In this document: in pieces, positions 58,841-64,000 of the stretch
Layout: every line of letters begins with the position of its first letter
Numbering within the stretch: position 1 is the stretch's first letter
Assembly (NCBI GenBank): GCA_964016885.1
Contig: CAXHJY010001068.1
Location: forward strand, 1-64,000
Source: Eledone cirrhosa
Taxonomy: Eukaryota
DNA length: 64,000 nt
Direction of reading: 5' to 3'
Position numbers and translations under genes: made by a program
Notes under the pieces: generated by a model
The model's input: only the letters and a program-made list of their open reading frames with translations
Told to the model about the DNA's origin: nothing
The model's database searches: none

Positions 58841-59230
58841 AGTGTCGTGTTTATTTCAGCATAACTTCAATGGAACAAATTTTCTAAATGTGGTCATTGC
58901 TAAAAGAGTTATATGTGTGTATGTGTGTGTGTGTTTTAATAAAGGGTTCCGCATGGCTAAAATCATACACAATTTAATAAAAATATGGCCGAAGATAACA
59001 GAAAAACATACGAAACAGATTGTTTGTCTTTTTTAGACTTCACGTCCAAAAAAGACAAAACGAGGAGAGAGAGAGAGAGAGAGAGTGAGAAAGAGTGAGA
59101 GAGAGAGAAAGAAAAGAAAAGAGAAAGAGAGTAAGTGAGAAAAGAAAACGGTAGGTGGTGTAAAATAAAACAGTTTAAAAAAGGTGACCCGCGGGGCTAA
59201 AATCATACAAAATGAAGAAAATATATGTTT

Positions 59231-59335
59231 CCTCAGGCGGGCTGCTCTCTTTCCGATTTTCCGGAGGAAATCGACAGTGTGGGACCAAGGACACCAGAGG
59301 TCTCGACGGTGACCGGTAGGGAACAAGTACATTCT
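59231..59335 (-). mobile_element. CRE-like RLE retrotransposon fragment
   Basis: Frameshifted YLF.PVTVETSGVLGP..VDFLRKIGKRAARLR, matching the F.P...ET.G..G motif of RLE domains. Confidence 0.75.
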
Positions 59336-59619
59336 CCAAGAAAGCATCGTTCACATTGCAACCCTTCGAAACCGTTCATCAGCACTTGAACTAACTACGA
59401 ACAATGTCATTTCTTTGTTAAGAAGAGTGTAATCTATAGGAGATTTAGCTGCTATTTCTGTTAATCTAAGTAACCTGGTAGAGGTTGATAAAATTAGGTA
59501 CCGCAGTACGTTCCGGGCGTGTATCTTCCACTACTAACTTACCCTCCGGTTAGGCATGGCTTATAAAAGCACTTTAGACAGTACTATAAGTTACAGAAAG
59601 GGTTAAATAATCATATTGA

Positions 59620-59850
59620 GGGCCTCCCCACAACCCCGGCGGACAGAATGGAGAAGTTGTTTCTCCGGACGATGGTAAGGGAGATGCGATGGAAGAGCAA
59701 TTCCAACTCGCGAGGCTCACACCTGCGGCTGGCCAGCTCAGCGCCTATGGTGGTGAGCAGGGAGGTAGCCCTAGGGCCGGGCCGAGGACGCCAGAAGTCT
59801 CCACTGCCAGGGGTACGACCGCAAACCTGTCGGAGAGCGACTATCGTGTC
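59620..59850 (+). repeat. GC-rich dispersed repeat, copy 3 (longest)
   Basis: Shared with 27315-27450 and 16680-16780. Confidence 0.85.
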
Positions 59851-60624
59851 ATTAATTTAGTAGGCTGTGTCTTACAAAGAATAGTTGGCTTTGCGCCTGG
59901 GCAAAAGAAATCCTCATTATGTTTTAGCTGAATCCTTTGACCCCCACCCGGCATCAGCGGGATGAAATGTACGGAAGACCTATGTAGTTACAATCACTTC
60001 ACATCACTTCACATCACTAGTGGACGTACTGACCAGAGGCCAGTGAATAAAAACAGCTCCGCCCACATTGGTTTCGGCGTGGTTAATAATCTATACAAAA
60101 TGTCGAAGATAGATTGAGAGTTTCTTTTTCTATTAACCTTTGACCAAAGGTATGTGAGAGATTACCAGAAATAACACGGACAAAGACAAGAAAAAAAAGC
60201 TACGACAGGAGGAAGACAAAGTTGTTACTTGTATTGTTGTTGGTGGTGTTTAGCAGCAGGTCAGCTCTGTTCGAGTAGCCCTATGGTCAAACAGGCTTCA
60301 CCCTTGATCATATTTTTAGGCAGAGTGTATATACATTAAGGTCTTTATTGATTATAGATAGCAGCGACTGTTTCACAGATGGGTGGTTCAAGATCTATAT
60401 TAATGCTATAGAACCGACTCCAGCTCGATCTGCTCTTCAGACTTGTTAAACAAACAAAACCAAAATCTCATTTATAGATGGCTTTGTGCTGGAAGAAGGC
60501 AGTTATAATAAAGAGTCCATTACTAGAATAGAAGTCTAATAAGGCCTCGCCTTAGATTGGGATCGACGATTCTTCCAAACGCCTTTCAATTTAAGTATTT
60601 CTGCTGTAAACAAACATTGCTGTA

Positions 60625-60656
<32 letters not shown>

Positions 60657-60823
60657 ATTAATAAATGTAAAATATCTTTATAATACCATATTTATTTTAT
60701 CTATGTAAATATATTTTCCATTTATTAATATTAATAATGCTCCAGATAAATGCTGTAGAGTGCTTCAAATCTGTTATAAAATTAACTTTGTTGAATGATA
60801 ATCAACAAACCATATAACTCATT

Positions 60824-60865
<42 letters not shown>

Positions 60866-60981
60866 TATATTTATAAAACCATATTTATTTCATTATACAT
60901 ATTTCAAGGGCCACCAAGGCAAATTATGGTTGCATTTTTTCAGGGTATGTCAATATTTATTTATAAAACTAACCTATATTA

Positions 60982-61047
60982 TATTTTATCTGATGAAAGC
61001 GCACCATAATTTGCCTTGGGGGCCCTTGAAATATGTATAATGAAATA
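60982..61047 (+). ncRNA. complete type I hammerhead ribozyme (family C) inside inverted-repeat element 60864-61180
   Basis: Helix I UAUUUUAU/AUGAAAUA; CUGAUGA (60990-60996); helix II AAG../..CUU; GAAA (61028-61031); AUAUGUAU helix III; predicted cleavage after 61039. Inverted arm at 60864-60930. Confidence 0.83.
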
Positions 61048-61233
61048 AATATGGTTTTATAAATATAGTTTCCATTTGTTAATATATTGTATATTTACTC
61101 CAATAATTTGTTGAGTGCTTTATATCAGTTATAAAAATATTTTGCTTGTTGTATCCCAACAAATTAAATATAACCTCTACATATATATATATATATATAC
61201 AAGAAAACCCACAAACCTTCCATCTTAATTCTA

Positions 61234-61268
61234 CTTTTGAATAGCATAAAACTGCGAAACCGGTAAAG
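61234..61268 (+). ncRNA. degenerate type I hammerhead motif
   Basis: CUU-UUGAAUA (two changes from CUGAAGA)-GCA(UAAAAC)UGC-GAAA-CCGG-UA-AAG; element 61199-61325 is TA-flanked. Confidence 0.55.
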
Positions 61269-61320
61269 GAAACAAATAAATATTCTTAAAAAGACTCCAG
61301 TTGCATTTTCGATTTCTTTT

Positions 61321-61375
<55 letters not shown>

Positions 61376-62069
61376 AATTTACAGACGTTCGTGTCTCTCT
61401 CTCTCGTTCTCCTTCGCTTTCCCTCACTCTCTTTTTATAGTTGAAAAAAAATCAGCTGTGGCCAGGCTTAGAGAGCACCATTACATTATAATATGCTTAA
61501 GGCATGCCGTATTACACGAAGATACCACAACGATTCCATGAGGAGTTGAAGCCTCGAGAAAAGAAAGGAGAAGGTGGATGGAAGTTAGCAAAATTTGAGA
61601 AGGCGAGGGAAAGGATATCGGGACATATTCGTCTCCAGTACTTGACTTATACATTATTTCATCGACCCCGCGAGGTTAATCGGTAAATCTGGGATTTAAA
61701 CAGAGAAATAAAGGAAAACAAAATGTTTTGTTTGTACTTTCAGCGGTCCTGCTAACCTAATCCTGCTAAACTACCTCAATTTCTTGTCACTACTATATGG
61801 CTGAAACCTTTCAAACACAGAGACTATTTCAGCAAAGCATATAAACTAGCAAAAAAGATTAGGGATAAGGTGATATATTTCCTGTTAGAAAATGGATGTT
61901 AGACTCCTCTCAAGTTCCTAATAAACAAATAATAAACATGAGTGCTTGTAAGAAAATACTTTCACGAGAAGAAAGAAAAATCTACACCGTTCAGATAAGT
62001 AGATAACATATACAGGTAGTATACACTAACACACACACACACACACACATATATATATGTGTGTGCGTG

Positions 62070-62123
<54 letters not shown>

Positions 62124-62739
62124 CTGCAGTACTTCGAATAATTGCGAGATTTCGAGTGTAAATGTTAGCCGAAACTCCTAGTTTCTCCAATGAAGCAAAG
62201 GTTTGTATTATATATTTTATGCCGGGTGTCCAAGTCACACCTGATTCATAAGGGGATTTGTTTTCAGGTTTAGAATGTCGAATTATACGCTTCAGTTTCA
62301 AGGGGTAGACAAGTGTATACACTTCATATATCACCGTGTGTGTACGTATATATTTATGTGTATAAATACACATTATTATGTATGTATGTGTCAATTGAAC
62401 AGGTGTTTGTGCCTGAGGCTAAAATCTGACCCCTTGTGGGAGAAACGAACACAGGGGAAGAATAGTCTACATACACTTTTAAAAAAAGGGTGCAATAATG
62501 AAAATAAAGAAAATACAAGTCTATAGTTCAATGTTGTGAAATTATCCAATAGGATATCATACGTGTGTAATGACGAGGAATATATTTGGCAAGTAATATA
62601 AGATATAGAAACAATAATAAAATATAACAAAAATATATAATTTTCAACAACAACAAACTAATATAATAAACTATATATGTGTGTGTGTGTGTGTGTGTGT
62701 AGATTCCCCGAGTTGTGTCGGAAGGGGTGCGGGCGTAAC

Positions 62740-62771
<32 letters not shown>

Positions 62772-63430
62772 CACAGACACATAAATACACGTACACACAC
62801 ATACATGCATACACACACTTACTTGTATACACACTCACATACACACACACACACATACTTGTATACACACTCACATACACACACATATGTATGTATGTAT
62901 GTATGTATATATATATATATATATATACACATGTGTGTGTGTGTGTTCCCCAAAAGATATATATACACTTAGATTACCTGTGCAGGCAATATTTATTAGA
63001 ACGCTGTTGAGGTGTGTATACATTTTTTGGGACATATATATATATATATATATATAGGGAGAGAGAAAGATGTGTGTGTTTGTATGTATATGTATGTGTG
63101 CGCCTGTGTATTCTTTCAACTAGTATTGTGCTGTACGAAATCCTCTTATCAAATCTTTGTCGGCACTTCACATCAGGTAACGCAGGTAAGGCTGGACCCA
63201 ATGAATGCGTTCAGCCGTTATCACCACAATCATACGCGCGTATGCACACACAAAAACACACACTCACGTATGTATGTATGTATGTATGTGTGTGTGTGTG
63301 TAAGTACGTACATACATATATATGTATGTATGCATGCATGTATATTGCCAATATTGGTATGAGTGTGCTTATATATATAATATGTATATGTGTGTATGTG
63401 TGTGTGCGTAAGCATGAAGGTATGTATATA

Positions 63431-63513
63431 CAGGGTGTCCCCCAAAAATGTATGCACACTTTGATTAGAATGCTGTTAAGTGTATACAATTTTGAGGGGC
63501 GACGACACCCTCT
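63431..63513. mobile_element. Tc1/mariner-like MITE (further copy at 62942-63034)
   Basis: TA-cagggtgtccccc..ttagaatgctgtt..gacaccctc-TA. Confidence 0.75.
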
Positions 63514-63550
63514 ATGTATGTATCTAACTACCCCTGTCTCTCTTTTTTTT

Positions 63551-63597
<47 letters not shown>

Positions 63598-63683
63598 CTG
63601 AGTAAACCGAGGTTTTAAAATTAATAGTGGGTTCCTCCACTATAATTACCCCCCCCCCCCCCCCCCCACACACACACACATAT

Positions 63684-63724
<41 letters not shown>

Positions 63725-63916
63725 ACAAGTATGTTTTGAAACAGCGAGCGAGTTTGAAATTAGAAATAGATGATTTCGCCGTATTTTTTACCAAAGTAGA
63801 TTTAGCCTGATGGTGGCGTTTAGAACATTCTAAGAAATGTATATATTGTTTGTTTATTTATACGGTGCTACGCGTAAGGAAAAGTACGCCTTTGAGACAG
63901 GTATTATTAAGACGGG

Positions 63917-63978
63917 AATAAAGTACCAGTAATACACTGGTTAATTGCTGGCCTTGTGCCAAAAGTAGAAACAATTAT
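63917..63978 (+). mobile_element. SINE family 1, 3' end only
   Basis: aataaagtaccagtaatacactgg..gccaaaagtagaaacaatt; attattaag on both sides. Confidence 0.88.
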
Positions 63979-64000
63979 TAAGGTGACAAACTTACCAGAG

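Overview
AT-rich, repeat-dominated eukaryotic DNA, most likely an octopus/cephalopod intergenic or intronic region. That assignment is an inference from the SINE families and the very dense TA/CA/trinucleotide microsatellites. Nearly all ORFs in the supplied track are translations of simple repeats and are not genes. Recognisable content: about 20 copies of a tRNA-derived SINE (several with clean 14-19 bp TSDs), a second tRNA-derived SINE family, 3' fragments of CRE-, RTE- and L1/Tx1-like LINEs, Tc1- and piggyBac-like MITEs, a 60-bp minisatellite, and a few candidate small exons. The main signal is a population of short non-coding elements lodged in (TA)n tracts that carry type I hammerhead ribozyme (HHR) motifs. 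They fall into at least 6 unrelated sequence families, with about 9 complete or near-complete cores. Many copies are fold-back inverted duplications whose axis lies in the ribozyme itself, and several families share a GTATTGAGTRCT-like motif downstream. This fits non-autonomous Penelope-like/retrozyme-type retroelements that target TA microsatellites. A second lead is a possible spliced secreted cysteine-peptide gene with a duplicated last exon. All structures were read by eye; nothing was computed or searched.
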